A DNA stretch of 64,000 bases from contig OX597826.1 of the NCBI GenBank assembly GCA_951406725.2, positions 34,162,001 through 34,226,000 of the forward strand. Reading direction: 5' to 3'. The notes beneath the pieces are model-generated. The model had not been told where the DNA came from and searched no databases. It saw nothing but the letters and a program-made list of their open reading frames with translations. Source of the DNA: Octopus vulgaris. Lineage: Eukaryota. A program made the position numbers and the translations under genes. Position 1 is the first letter of the stretch; the number at the start of each line of letters is the position of its first letter. Shown here piece by piece: positions 1 through 13,880 of this stretch.

Positions 1-887
1 CCACCATGCTGAAAATAGCAACCATGATCTGACTCTAAATCCTAATTTATAATTATATATATATATATATATACATCGTATATAAATATATAAATATGTG
101 TGTATGTGTCTGCGTGTGTGTATTTAGGATGTATATGTATATATATGTATAAGTGACACCCACTGATTATATGTTAATTAAGAGTTTTAAGTCTTATTTG
201 TTAATTAATTAAACTCTAATTATACTATACCGTGTTTACTTATCATGAATGTTGCATGTTTATACAATGAAAATCTTTTTTAAAAAATCCAAGAAATTCC
301 GTAAGGTACTATGGGCAAACAGTTTCACTCTAAGTGCAAATCTCAATTGATAAAAATAAGTTAATTCCTTCACGCACACATACACACACACACAAACACA
401 CATACAGATGCATACACGCAGACACATACATATATATATCTGAATCTACACATACTTATTTGAATCTATATCTGAAAAGGAAATGAAAAATGTGTAAACA
501 ACTCAATGAATGTCTAAATGCCAGCTATTTATGTATTCCTCATTTACTTCAGTAGTGAGATCTCCTGCTAGGTTTCTTTAACTGTAGCTATTAGGCCACA
601 GGTGACAAGCAGGTGTTAACAGTTACGTGTCAGACTCCCTCTGGGAAGATCACTATAAAAAGTGGCTGCATCGTCATATAATGCGTTACAAAAAACCAAT
701 ACAGAAATATCTCTTGGCAGGTAGTAATGGCTGTGGGGCAAATCTGTTGTGTAGTTGGTGTAGATTTGTCTACTTCTAAAATGGTGGTTTGGCGGTTCAT
801 TTTTTACCTTCTTTTTATATCCCTGTTATATCCGATGATAACAATTAACCATATATATGTGTGTGCATGCACTTACACACACACATT

Positions 888-933
<46 letters not shown>

Positions 934-952
934 AATATGCATATATGCATAC

Positions 953-1007
<55 letters not shown>

Positions 1008-2174
1008 CACCATATAGGCATAGAGATGCATAAATAGAAAGAGAGAGAGAGAGAGAAGGAAATCAAGCGAAGGAGTGAGATTCATAGACACCAATATACA
1101 CAGGGCAGATTCAGATTCATAATATTCTAATTTGAATATTCTAATTGTCAATTAATGAACAAGTGCACTCAATTACTTGCATTGTTTGTGTAATTACATT
1201 TAAATTTACTATTCTTGATGTATATGTTTGTGTGTGTGTGTATGTGTATACTTGTCTGTGTGTCTGTGTGTGTATAAATGGATATATATTTTTTCCTTTA
1301 CCTCTCTCTATACATGCACACACACGCACATATATATGTATATATACACATACATATACTATGAATGTGTATATATATGCATGTATATATATATATGTGT
1401 GTATACACAGACATAAATTTATATATATATGTGTGTGTGTGTGTATATATGTATATATATATCATACATATATATACACATATACATATATATGTATGTA
1501 TGTATATATATATATATGTGGATGTATGTAAACGAGTTGTGTATATATGTATGCATGTGACAGTGTGCATAAACTTAGAATCACAGCATTAAAAGAGAAA
1601 ATAAATGTCAAGTTCGTCAAGAGTGAAGTTTCTCTTACAAAGTTCGGCGTTGAATTTTTTCATTCCGATATTGGAACGAAAACCTAGACGCAGCCGAATA
1701 GTTAGCGTTTAACTGTGATCTTAGTCAAGTGACTTACTTCACTTGTGCAAATAAAATAAAGTTACGTCTCTGTATTTTGCATTCTTATATTTAATCGTGC
1801 CTGATTTTGTAGCAGATGAGGAAACAAAGAAATGTAATCGGTTACAGAAAATTCAAAATGAAAGAATGAAATAGAAGTCAAACATGAATGCCTTCGCAAA
1901 AAATTTGAAACTTTGTTGCCATCATCGGTTACCTGAGAGCTGTAGAATTGTAGAAATGTTAGAATAGTATCCTATGCAATATTTCGTTTATTTCTCTTAT
2001 GTCCAATGTATCTTAACTGGACTTAGTCTTATCCTGTAACTGTGATTAAATAAATACCAATGAAATAGCGTTGTCGATATCATCAGCTCTCCCTTGTCAC
2101 CCAATTCGAGGCCTTAGTTAGACATGTTGGTCATGTGAAAAAAAAATTCATTTTCAACATCTTAGCTAATCTCT

Positions 2175-2408
2175 CATTCTCTTTTTACTCGTTTCAGTCA
2201 TTTGACTGTGGCCATGCTGGAGCACCGCCTTTAGTCGAGCAAATCAACCCCAGGACTTATTCTTTGGAAGCTTAGTACTTATTCTATCGGTCTCTTTGGC
2301 CGAACCGCTAAGTTACGGGGATGTAAACACACCAGCATCGGTTATCAAGCGATGATGGGGGGGGGGGGGGCAAACGCAGACACACAAACAAATACACACA
2401 TACATACA

Positions 2409-2450
<42 letters not shown>

Positions 2451-2453
2451 TAA

Positions 2454-2494
<41 letters not shown>

Positions 2495-2620
2495 CATGAC
2501 GAGCTTCTTTCAGTTTCCGTTTCCGTCTACCAAATCCACTCACAAGGCACTTGCTCAAAGAGTCATGCAGTGGGACTGAACCCGGAACCATGTGGTTGGT
2601 AAGCATGTTTCTTACCACAC
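2175..2620 (-). mobile_element. tRNA-derived SINE family A (internal (TA)/(CA) microsatellite)
   Basis: Reverse complement matches the copies at 10921, 58358, 61905 and 62587 (AACCACATGGTTCCGGGTTCAGTCCCACTGC head; GCGGTTCGGC...GATAGAATAAGTAC...GCTCCAGCATGGCC..AGTCAAATGACTGAAAC tail). Confidence 0.85.
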
Positions 2621-2759
2621 GAGAGAGAATTTTGTGAATGTCTTGTATCTTCTCAACATGGTGTAACCTGTTTCCTCATTCTTAAATTGATTGAGGATTA
2701 TGATTATTGTCAGCGTGATTCACACTCTTAATACAGCTAAATTTGTGTTTTAATCCATT

Positions 2760-3430
2760 AATATTAGTAGAGGAGAAATGTCAATTTCTCTGGGTATGCT
2801 AGTTTAACGCAAGTAATTTCCCTTGAAGCTCTGACGATTGCGATGGATTAGGGAGGAAAGAGTTTAAATAAAAACAAATATTTGATTAGGGAGGAAGGAG
2901 TAAAAAATACGGTTAATGCAGGTGTCAAAGATAGAAACAGAATGAGTGAGGGGAGGAATGGTGCTGAACGAATCAGAAGTATATAGGTGCAGAGACCCTT
3001 GTAATTCTAGGTGCAGGTACCAGTGGGAGGCACATGACCTAGCGGTTAGAGCTACGGACTCGCGGTCGAGGGATCGCAGGTTCGAATCTCAGACCGGACG
3101 ATGTGTGTGTTTATGAGCGAAACACCTAAGCTCCACGCGGCCCTCGGCAGAAGGTAAGGGCGAAACTTCTGTTGAATCTTTCGCCACAACTTTCTCTCAT
3201 TCTTTCTTCCTGCATCTTGCAGCTCACCTATGACGGACCGGCGTCCCGTCCAGGTGGAGAACCTACACGCCACGAAACCGGGAAAGCGGCCCTTATGAGC
3301 CAGGCATGGCTCCAGAAGGAACAAACAACAACAGGTACCAGTGTAGCAATCGCAACAAGTGGAGAGTGAATTTGTCTGTAGACCAGCGTTGGAGTTATTA
3401 GCAGCAACTTAGTCGGTGGCCTTTTATATA
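2760..3430 (-). mobile_element. Decayed LINE 3' end (Jockey/CR1-group ORF2 C-terminus), interrupted by the SINE at 3026-3331
   Basis: Minus-strand peptide fragments such as SVSIFDTCINRIFYSFLP resemble the post-RT C-terminus; many stops and frameshifts. Confidence 0.45.
3026..3331 (+). mobile_element. tRNA-derived SINE family C with Meta/V-like tail and 12-bp target-site duplication
   Basis: A box (TGACCTAGCGG) and B box (GGTTCGAATCT); (CAA)n tail; CAGGTACCAGTG direct repeat at 3014-3025 and 3332-3343. Confidence 0.9.
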
Positions 3431-4309
3431 TGGTGTAGGATGTTTATATAAATTATTTATAATATTTACGTGAATGCAGTTGCTTAATAATATATGCTCT
3501 ATAATGGAAACAATAAAATGCCTAGAGTAAACGTAATTGTGTATGATCTTGAATAAAAGCAAAATTATAATTAATTTCTTCTTGAATGAATTTGTAGATT
3601 ACCTAAGTGATTCACAATGATATGAAGCGATATTATAAGATATAATGGATATGAAAACTCAAATACATGCTTGGAGTATGACTAGAAAGCGAGCATACAG
3701 TTGGTTTCATTTTCTCTATCTTATTTAAACTTTGAATCAATGACCAGTCAGAATATTCTATTTTCTTTCATATCAAGTAAGCTGTTGAGGCATTGCACGT
3801 CAATAGCAACGATTCTGAATCTTAAACACAAATAAAAGAAGACTCACTCTCAAGGTTTCCATATCATTGATTTAAATATATTTGAATACATTTAGATATA
3901 TACAGGTATATGATATACGTATATATATAATGATAGAAGCAGATATGAAATGTTTGCCTGAGAGCGAATATTTCATTCCAGAAAATTTTGCTTCGGAACC
4001 TCAATGAAAATATTATATTCCATATTGCAGTTACAACTGACTTGGAACGGGTGTATAAGCGTTTTTGACAAATAAATAGACTAGAGATTCTAAATGGTTT
4101 CACACCAAAGAATATTCTTTACTACCTTATGACTACACACACACACACACACATACACACACTCACAAACACATACACAAACGCATACACAAACGCATAC
4201 AAACATACATATGCACATCCATCCATCCATACATACATACACACACATGCGCATACAAATACACATATGCAGATGTATGTATATATACGTGTATAAACAC
4301 ATACTCACA

Positions 4310-4398
<89 letters not shown>

Positions 4399-4431
4399 CC
4401 ATACATGCATACATACGCACACACATATGTA

Positions 4432-4779
4432 AAAGGGGTAGAGACCTTCTTCGATCATCAATGTCCATGGAATTGCAACTAGAAAGTTCCCTTTCGAGGC
4501 ATAAGTCTGGGCAATGTTGTTTATTGAAGACCAGCAGTCGCCCATGCATGTCAGCCTCTCCTCTCCCCGCAACCGATGTTATCCAAGGGAAAGGCAAGGG
4601 GACTGATACAGACAGCTTGTAACCAGTGGCGTCACAACTCATTTCTACAGCTGAATGAATTGAAGCAACGTGAAATAAAGTGTCTTGCTCAAGAACACAA
4701 CACAGAGGCCGGTCCGGGATTCGAACTCACTGCCTCATGATTGTGAGCCCGATGCTCTAACCACTGAGTCATGCACCTT
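4432..4779 (-). mobile_element. tRNA-derived CORE-type SINE family D
   Basis: Minus strand reads TGACTCAGTGGTTAGAGC...GAGTTCGAATCCC...TTGAGCAAGACACTTTATTTCACGTTGC; homologous over its whole length to 23483-23832. Confidence 0.85.
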
Positions 4780-4792
4780 ATATATATATGAG

Positions 4793-4832
<40 letters not shown>

Positions 4833-4934
4833 AACCTATACCCCACCGCATATATATATATATATATTGTTATATTTCGGAATGGTCATATTGCCAGTTT
4901 AGCCAATAAATCTTGCACAACAAATATTTAAACG

Positions 4935-4967
<33 letters not shown>

Positions 4968-5281
4968 GTGTGTGAGTATTGTTGATGTTATAAGAATACT
5001 ATAAACGCTCGAAACGTGAGATGATTACTTTTTGTAATATAGAATCTCGAAGCTTATGACAAACCTACAAAAAATGACTTGAATGTGCGGTTGAAAAACC
5101 CAATTTATTTCATTAAAAAAATAGCGAAGACCGCTCGTGAGACTCGAACACACATCAAAGGGGTTTTTGAACAAAATATTTACATGGTATTAATTATACA
5201 TTTTATCTCTCTCTCTCTCTCTCTCTCTCAACGCACACACACGCGCATACAAACACACACATATAAGTATGTATGTTTGCG

Positions 5282-5341
<60 letters not shown>

Positions 5342-6899
5342 GTGTGTGTGTGTGCGTGTGTGTGTGTGTATGTTTATGTATTTAAATTAGTATATATGCT
5401 TGTAAAAGAAAGAATGATATATATATATATATATATAGGAAATGAGGACCTTGGATAACACGATCTTCGTAAAACATATTTACGCTAATGTTGAAACAGA
5501 AGAAAGAATACCGTATGTTTTTAAAACACCCTTGATTCTTGCAACAACAACATGCTCGTAAATATGTGATACTCTGCACCTCATATTTAGCCCAGTCTCT
5601 CTTTTCAGATGTTTAGTTTAAGCTGTAATATTTCTCAGTGGGGCATGAACTACAATATTATTAATGTATAGGCGTGGTGGTTTTCTGGAAGACAGACAAT
5701 GAAATTTCAGTAAGCCAGCTCATTACTTTTGCATATATGTACGTATTACCGGATGGGAAACATAAGGAGATGTCTCCAACGTTGTTTAAATAAAAACAAA
5801 TTTTTACATATTGATACGGGATTAGGTTTGTACTGACGCAAATTTTAAATGATTGTTATTGACATTGGATATCTATATCACACCCGTAGAACGTAAAAAT
5901 AAAGAGGTTTATTTTCCATAGATATAATCGAATCTACGTCGTGTCCTACGATACAATATATGTAGCTATGTGTGGAAATGTGTATGTCTTAATGCATATA
6001 TGCTACATTTTCATTAGTTTAAATATCATTTCAATTTGACCCTTGTCGCCAGCTTCGAACAAAAATGTTAAGTAAACTACCGCCAAGCGTACAGTCAATA
6101 TTTCAAATGTTTATTTGAAATAAAAAAATATATAATCAAATAAACTCATAAAACACAAATAGAATAGAAGATATTACGCCACATAGTAGAGTCTTACAGC
6201 ATTTGAACTGAATATCTGTATGTCTTGTGTATTTGCAAGTAAGAATGAGACAGAAAATGAATGAGAGTTTACGGGGGGAAGTGCAGGGAAAGTACGGAGA
6301 GTGTGAGTGAGAGAGTAGGAGAGAGAGAAACAGAGAGAGAGGGAGGGAGACGGGAAGTAAGAGCTGGAGAAAATGAGAATCTAGATTGCTGTTATCTTTG
6401 ATAATATCTAAGATCTCTTAATGGTGGAATTATATGACTTGCCTATGGAGAGGAGACAGAAAACAGAATATTAAAATGGAGAGAAAAAATTGTCTACTTT
6501 TCTTTCTTAAGTACCTCTTTGTAAAACAACAAACACATCAGCAACAATATGTAAATATATAAAAGATATTAAAGCAAGATTTTGGAGAACGGTAAAAAAA
6601 AAGGAAATTTTTACTTATGAAAAGGCAGAAAACTTTGTTAATGAACAACAGTAGCAGAGACAAAATAAACAAAATGCCGCAAGTATATTAAACTGTATTT
6701 CACGTTAATGGTGTGGTGGAATATACTATCAATGACGCAATAGAACAAATGCACAAATCTGCTTTCAGCAATAAACAGCAGCTTACGAGAGGATATATTC
6801 ACGTACTGAAAACGATTGGTCGCGGAAGGAAAAAAAAGTATGGCAATTTTCGTAAAATATATTCGTCTTTGTCAGAGATCGTCACAAGCAAATCAACAC

Positions 6900-8100
6900 A
6901 TTAAAACCAATTGAAGACTTTCTTTTCATAACAAAAAACAGTAAATGCATTAGAGACAACAGCATCCATAGCAACCTCTCTGCATTGAGGAAATTCGTGG
7001 TTGTTCTTATTGCACTTTGGTCGCTGCTGTGACGTATATCATTGTAGACTCAGAGACAGTCAGTACAGCAGCCTGAATAATACTAGGATCTAATGAGTGA
7101 GGCAGTGGGAGTCCTTCTCTCACACGCTTTTAAATAGCAGTAGCAAAAGACTGACTTGTGGCTATGGGTAGATGGTGCTCTTCGTAGAAAATATAAAGTT
7201 TTCACGGCAAATTGAAATAGAGATAGGAGCAATAGCAGTCTGACTAAAAGATTTGATCCAATAGAATTTGAATAGCCTAATGTGCGTCTCCCGAGCAAGG
7301 TTGTCTATCACTATGTTATACATCAACTCAGCAGCATGTGAACAGCCGTTGAAACACTAATCAGACTATGAGGGAAATTAGGGGAGCAAGTCGCTTCTGC
7401 TGTGCTACATAGTTACAGCAAAGTGAGCTGGTCTGTTTCATAGATAAATATCTGGAAACTCGACGCGATTCAGTGCTGCTTACATAATATGAACCATCAG
7501 CCTCTTCATTGCTCTTCTTATATCCTATTAAAGCTTGAAATGTTGTCTTCCCAAAGCTGTAGAAATAGATAATTATTGCTATATGCCCTTGTTTAAAGTT
7601 TGTAGTTATTTTGGCAACTTTAATGATGAAATTATTGTTGCTTAAGATGAAGCCTTCTGTGTCAGCCATCACTGGAACATGTCTTGAGCCAATATATATT
7701 GACCAATTTCCAAATTCTTTTTGCATATAATAGAAATTTGGTTGACTTCATTAGTATCAGCAGTTTACTTTTCAGATCGTACTAATGCACTTGATAATCA
7801 CATTTATGTTGAAAATTGTAAAATAAAGGATATGTCAGCCGATGGTATATTCTATTAAAGAATAAATCAGCTTCAAATCTTTTCTGTGTATATTGACAAA
7901 ATAGCACTTTTTACAACACTACTGATAGGATCTTTACAAGGGTTGTTTCTTTGTAGTCATTTAGTGTGCTGCTGCGACAGGAAAATCTGTTTCAACAACC
8001 AGCCTGAGGGTGTTCAAAATACAAGAACAAAGACATCAACGTTCAGAAATTCCGAAGATAACAGGCTGTGCTTCCAGCTTCGATATTTCCTGAACGATAA
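6900..8100 (-). mobile_element. Highly decayed LINE reverse transcriptase region (CR1/Jockey group)
   Basis: Ordered minus-strand remnants YKKSNEEADGSYY (cf. KKGDxxDPSNY), FNGCSHAAEL (cf. FDxVxHxxLL), WIKSF and PQVSLLLLLF (cf. PQGSVLGPLLF); stops and frameshifts. Confidence 0.45.
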
Positions 8101-8694
8101 TGTTTGAAACACAGGAACACAAAAAACTTGAAACTGCTGACGTGTTTGATTATCTTTGATTACATACATATATACATACATACATACATACATACATGTG
8201 TGTGCATGTGTGTGTGTGTGTGTGTGTGCATGTATAATCATTTTGAAAATACTTTTATATAATTTATTCAGTTAATCACATTTTGATAATTTCGCATGAA
8301 CTTATTCATTTTGGGAGAATTTTTTTTAACTAGGTATAAATTATGTAATATTGTTATCATTTGGTCTGCATTATTACAAAGTTTTAATTAGTGGTATTGC
8401 CATTGAATATTGCAATGTGCATTAGCAAAGTTGTAAAACAAAAGGCACTGACGATTTTTTCCGTTGGAATAAACAATTCTGCGACCCGTTTTGGAACAGT
8501 TTAGACGTTCACTAATGCAGAACAAATTTAGAACGGCCAAAATAATATATCTGTCAAGAACATTGAGTTCTCAAATAGGAAAATATCGTTGGTTAGAAGT
8601 TAAACGTTTGTGCAAGAAGGCGGGCTTTATGACAGAGAAAAATATCAAGAACAAGTATTTCATACCGTCACTACGAAAACAACTAATATCCTAA

Positions 8695-8722
8695 CAACCA
8701 TCACTACTACAGCAACCGCTTT

Positions 8723-8779
<57 letters not shown>

Positions 8780-8802
8780 AACTACTACTAATACTGCTGC
8801 TG

Positions 8803-8840
<38 letters not shown>

Positions 8841-8842
8841 GC
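8695..8842 (+). repeat. (ACT)n microsatellite
   Basis: Direct reading. Confidence 0.95.
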
Positions 8843-9383
8843 ATGGTCGTCCTCATTAGGATGAATAACCTGCTTTGTACGCAATCAGAATCTTGAGTCA
8901 ATCTCACTTCTTATATATTGTATACAATTGTTCTTATCCTCATGCGTAAAAATGGACCAACCAAATTCTTTCTGTACCAACTAAATTCTTTCTGCACAAT
9001 AGTACAATAGATTGGAACTGGTTGTCTCGCAAAGCAGAGGAACGCTGAGCAGTCTAGTCAGGAAGGGAAGGGGACCAGCAATTAACAGGTAATCGACTGG
9101 TACCTTATTTTATTGATCCAGGTTGGATGAAAACAAAATCTAACCTCAGCAGCATTTAGATGCAGAACATGTCTATTTGCATTGTGTGCTCAATTCTTGA
9201 TAAAATCATACAGACTCAATCGAATTATATGATGTAACTTCGGTATTTAAACATATGTGACTTTATCCTTTCCTACGCTAACATAAACAATTTCAATAGA
9301 ATATGTAAATGGATATATATAAGAACCACAAGTCATTTTGTCACACTTTCTTATAATTTTGCCTATCGCCCTTTTTTAATAAT

Positions 9384-9557
9384 ATTTCTTTATTGCCCAC
9401 AAAAGGTTAAAAATAGAGGGGACAAACAAGGACAAACAAAGGGATTAAGTCGAGGACAAAGTCGACCTCGGCGGAATTTGAACTCAGAACGTAACGACAG
9501 ACGAAGTACCGCTAAACATTTTGACCGGCGTGCTGACGATTCTGCCAGCTCGCCGCC
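9384..9557 (-). mobile_element. SINE family B (Nin/Deu-like core), internally deleted
   Basis: Reverse complement of the GGCGGTGAGCTGGCAGAATCG...TTCTGAGTTCAAATTCCGCCGAGGTCGACTTTG family; tail TTGTGGGCAATAAAGAAATA is shared with 61168-61400. Confidence 0.85.
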
Positions 9558-9569
9558 CTGGTGGTGAAA

Positions 9570-9781
9570 GGCGGTGAGCTGCCAGGTAACGTTAACACGC
9601 CGGGAGAAATGCTAAACGGCCTTTCATTTGTCTTTACCATCTGAGATCAAATGCTGCCGAGGCTGATTTTGCTTTTCACCCTTTCGGGGTCGATAAAATA
9701 AGTAATAGTTGAGCATTTTTTTCGAAGAAAGCGATTTATCCCTTGCCCCGAAATTGCTGGCCTTGAGCCAGAATTTGAAAT
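9570..9781 (+). mobile_element. SINE family B
   Basis: GGCGGTGAGCTG head; CTTTTCACCCTTTCGGGGTCGATAAAATAAGTA core. Confidence 0.85.
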
Positions 9782-9792
9782 AAGTTTTATAG

Positions 9793-10001
9793 GGCGGCGG
9801 GCTGGTAGAATAGTTAGCCTGCTGTGCAAAATGTTTAGCAGCATTTCGTCCGTCTGTGCTTAAATTTCATCGAGGTCATCTTAGCCTTTCAACCTTTCGA
9901 GGTTGATAAAATAAAGTACCAGGTGAGCACTGGGGTCGATGTAGTCAACTTAAACCTTTCCCTGAAATTGGTTGTCTAGTTCCAAACAAATTGAAACCAA
10001 T
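9793..10001 (+). mobile_element. SINE family B
   Basis: GGCGGCGGGCTGGTAGAAT head; GCCTTTCAACCTTTCGAGGTTGATAAAATAAAGTACCAG core. Confidence 0.85.
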
Positions 10002-10139
10002 AATTATAATATTATTAAAATACAATTGCAACTATAAAACACTTGCAATACTGTAGAATAAATCACAATACTGTACAATAAAACTACAAATATACAAAGC
10101 AAACGGAACTGAGCGCATGTGGACAACGGAAATATTTAA

Positions 10140-10720
10140 CTAAATTAAGATTTTGGAAGATCTAAAAATAATGATATTAAGATATTTTACCATAAATACT
10201 GGTACTATGTTACTGGCTCCAAGTATATTTTGAGTTTTAATTAATCAGCATCTGTGAAATAAGTGAATTAAAGACAAAATATTAAGTTAGATTTAGTAAC
10301 TGAATCAAAGAGGTAGAAGAGAATCACCTTTACACGTAACTTGGATTAAACGAAACTGATAAGATGCATGTTAAAAGGAAAGAGAAGATTAGAAAAGAGA
10401 ATTGCATTAGGTAGAGTAATAGAAACTGAACTCAATACCAGAAGTATGAGAATACATAGAAATACAACATCGTAATAAATAAGCCAGGTTTTTGAATTGA
10501 TAGTTAGATGAAGTGAAGAAAAGTGATGGAAAAACTCGGAAACTACTTTTAAATCAACAATTCTAAAGTTCATATAAATGAAGTATAGCATAACACTTTC
10601 ACAGGAGGAAAAGTTTTGCAATAATTAGGGAGATATTACACATGGAAATTTCTTTTGAAAATACTTACAAATGCAGAGAGAGACTAATTAGTTATATAAA
10701 GGAATTAAACCAATTAGACC
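10140..10720 (+). mobile_element. Decayed R4/Dong-like non-LTR retrotransposon (RT thumb region)
   Basis: Plus-strand peptides IKEVEENHLYT*LGLNETD...KRKEKIRKE, VIETELN and DGKTRKLL match the YKYLG...KEKIRKEY...ELN...DRKTRKLL pattern of this clade. Confidence 0.65.
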
Positions 10721-10773
10721 AGTTAGTCATAACATAAAAGAAAATATACTTTATACATATGCATATCTATTTA

Positions 10774-10853
<80 letters not shown>

Positions 10854-10920
10854 CCTGCCTGCCTGTCTACCAGTCTGTCTCTCTGTCTGTCGTTCTCTCT
10901 CTCTGTATCTATCTATCTAA

Positions 10921-11318
10921 GCGCAGGCGCGACTGTGTAGTAAGAAGCTTGCTTCCCAACCACATTTTAGGGTTCAGTCCCACTGCGTGGCACTTTGGGC
11001 TAGTGTATTCTTGGTTGACCTTGTGAGTGGATTTGGTAGACGAAACTGAAAGAAGCCCGTCAAATATATATACATGTGTATATATCTATGTGTGTGTGTC
11101 TTTGTGTCTCTGTTTGTCCCCCGCCACCTCTTAACAACTGGTGCTGGCGTGTTTGCGTCCCCGTAGGCTAGCGGTTCGGCAAAAGAGATTGATAAAATAA
11201 ATGCCAGGTTTAAAAAATAAATCCTGGGGTTGACTCATTCGATTAAAATTTCAAGGCGGTGCCCCAGCATGGTCGCAGTCTAATGACTGAAAGAAGTAAA
11301 AGATAAAAAAAATAAAAG
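10921..11318 (+). mobile_element. SINE family A
   Basis: GCGCAGGCGCGACTGTGTAGTAAGAAGCTTGCTTCCCAACCAC head; GCGGTTCGGCAAAAGAG core; TAAAAGA tail. Confidence 0.9.
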
Positions 11319-12403
11319 ATACACACACACACACTTAGACAGACAGATATACAGGCAGGTAAACATACAGATATACAGACGGTCCCTACCCTGCTGCATT
11401 ACGCACAGATAAAATGCGGGTAATAGGAAGACTACAAAAATTTCGAGAGGTCTGGAACGAAAGTTGAAAAACAAGGCTTTATTTTGAGGTCTATTAGATT
11501 AATGCTATGAATATATTATCAAAATAAAAATTTTAAAATATTAAATTACCATTTATATTTCCATTTACATAATACCCTGAATATTAAGAGTAATATTTTG
11601 ACCAATGTTTATAAGTTTACATATGCTAAACGCTTAACGCTTATACATTCATGAAAATGGAAGATTCGATAAGAAAACTCACACAACATATATTCTGCAC
11701 ACTCAACACTTACTAATATATCGCATCTCACTCAACACAACTTACATCCTCACCTATTCTATGCACTCATCCGTTATCACCTTATCATAACTTACACAAC
11801 ACATTTTACGTAATCACGAATTATTACTGTAAATCAACATATATTCAACAAAATAAACCCCTGAGTCGCATCACACAAATTACACAAGAGGTGTTCGAGT
11901 CAATTGTCACAGGGTATGATACACACAATCACCTCTTATCATCATTTCACCACTTACGCAGCAAGCATATGATACAACATTAGCTTCGAAGATTAAAAGA
12001 AGCGTACATCGGAGCGTACATGCAATAGTTTGCTTTTCTAGGCAGCACAACCAATCTTTTGAATATATCTCTACTGGCATTTTGAATAATAGAGTCCCAG
12101 GGAATCTATATTTCAAAGTAAAAGACATAAAGGTAACGGGAGGGAAATGTTTGATCATAATTCTTCTCATTTAGGAATGATTCGGATCTAAACATTAAGA
12201 TGAACAAAAGGAACTACAAAACATGCTCATAAATTGCATATTCTATACAATCATTTTTCAGTAAGATGGTGAATAATTCGCAGAAGGACGCCCAGAATAA
12301 AATTCCTCCTGGTATTTACCTTTTTCAGAGTATCGCACCGAAGTCAACTTTGTGTTTCATCACTTCGGTGACCGATAAGTACAGTACACACTTGCCCTTC
12401 CTC

Positions 12404-12451
<48 letters not shown>

Positions 12452-12534
12452 GAATTAGAGATAAAACCATTATTATGCAACTCAAGCAGTGATAGACATA
12501 AGCCAATACATAAATAACAAATAATATAAATATA

Positions 12535-13094
12535 AAAACAATAATAAATCTCTAAACGAGATATAAACAGTAACCGCTCGACAACGTAAGGTGTACTAGC
12601 CATCTGAATGAATGTGGCTAGCCATCTGAATGTGGCTAGCCACTGGGGGTGGGGTGTTACTGATGCTTTTAGCCCCAGGCGATCAACGTCACCAGAAGGA
12701 CTTTAGACACTATCTCAGTGCCCTTGTGTTATTTGCAAAGGGAGGTCATCCTCCCTCGAAGACCCGAGTACTACATACGGACTATAGTTTCAAGGTAATT
12801 GCCTCTCGTCAACGCATGGTAAGCACCGGTCTTCGATGAAGGAGTACCCTTGCAAATAAATATGTAACGTTTTTCACAGCAACCACTGTCACTGATTTAG
12901 AAAAACTGTCTGAAAACAATAATAAATCTCTGAACGAGATATAAACAGTAACCGCTCGACAACGTAAGGTGTACTAGCCATCTGAATGTGGCTAGCCACT
13001 GGGGGTGGGGTGTTACTGATGCTTTTAGCCCCAGGCGATCAACGTCACCAGAAGGACTTTAGACACTATCTCGGTGCCCTTGTGTTATTTGCAA
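12535..13094. repeat. Near-identical direct repeats (12535-12738 and 12913-13094) around a 174-bp structured spacer; 356-bp unit x about 1.5
   Basis: The copies differ by two substitutions and one 22-nt internal duplication in copy 1. Confidence 0.9.
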
Positions 13095-13149
13095 TAATAT
13101 AATATATATATTCAAAAAGTATAAAAAGAATGATATATATAATATAAGT

Positions 13150-13705
13150 AATATATATATATATATATGTATGTTTATATATTTGTATATGTATGTTTAT
13201 GTGTATATATATATATATGTATATATATATATGTATATATTTATATGTATACATATATATATATAGATACATACACACATACATACATACATACACACCT
13301 ACATACATACATGCATACATACATACATACATACATACATACACACACACATACATACATACATACATACATACATACATACATACATGCATGCATACAT
13401 ACATACATACATACATGCATACGTACGATTGTTATTTTCAGAAGGTGAAGTAACCACCTAGTGACATGTATTTCAGTTTGCTTCATACAATATCGAATAT
13501 TTGTAGAAATTGACAGAAAAATAACGTTTGCTAGTCTGTATGTATGTATATGTCTGTATGTATGTGTTGTGAGTGTCTGTGTATGCGTGTATGCGTTTGT
13601 CGGTGTACTTATGCGTGTGCGCATATTTATATGCCTGTATTTTTGTATCTGTGTCTAAGTATATATTTGTCAACGCATGTCTGTGTTTATGTCTGCATAT
13701 ATGTG

Positions 13706-13737
<32 letters not shown>

Positions 13738-13880
13738 TGTATGTATGTATGTATGTATGTATGTATGTATGTATGTATGTATGAATGTATGTTTTCATCT
13801 ACATATGTGTGTGAGTCTGTGTGTGCGCGCGTGTGTGTGTGTAAGTATGTGTGTGCGCGTTCGTGTGAGTGTGAGTGTTT
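13150..13880. repeat. Compound (TA)n/(TACA)n/(TATG)n/(TG)n microsatellite field
   Basis: Direct reading. Confidence 0.9.

Noticed and set aside
3026-3100. tRNA-like sequences (also near 24610-24681 and 44811-44880)
   Set aside because: These are SINE heads; they continue into SINE bodies and lack a proper acceptor stem.
12833-12860. TCGATGA-AGG..CCTT-GCAA as the ribozyme of the 356-nt unit
   Set aside because: Both conserved boxes deviate from CUGANGA and GAAA; no twister or HDV-like match was evident by eye either.
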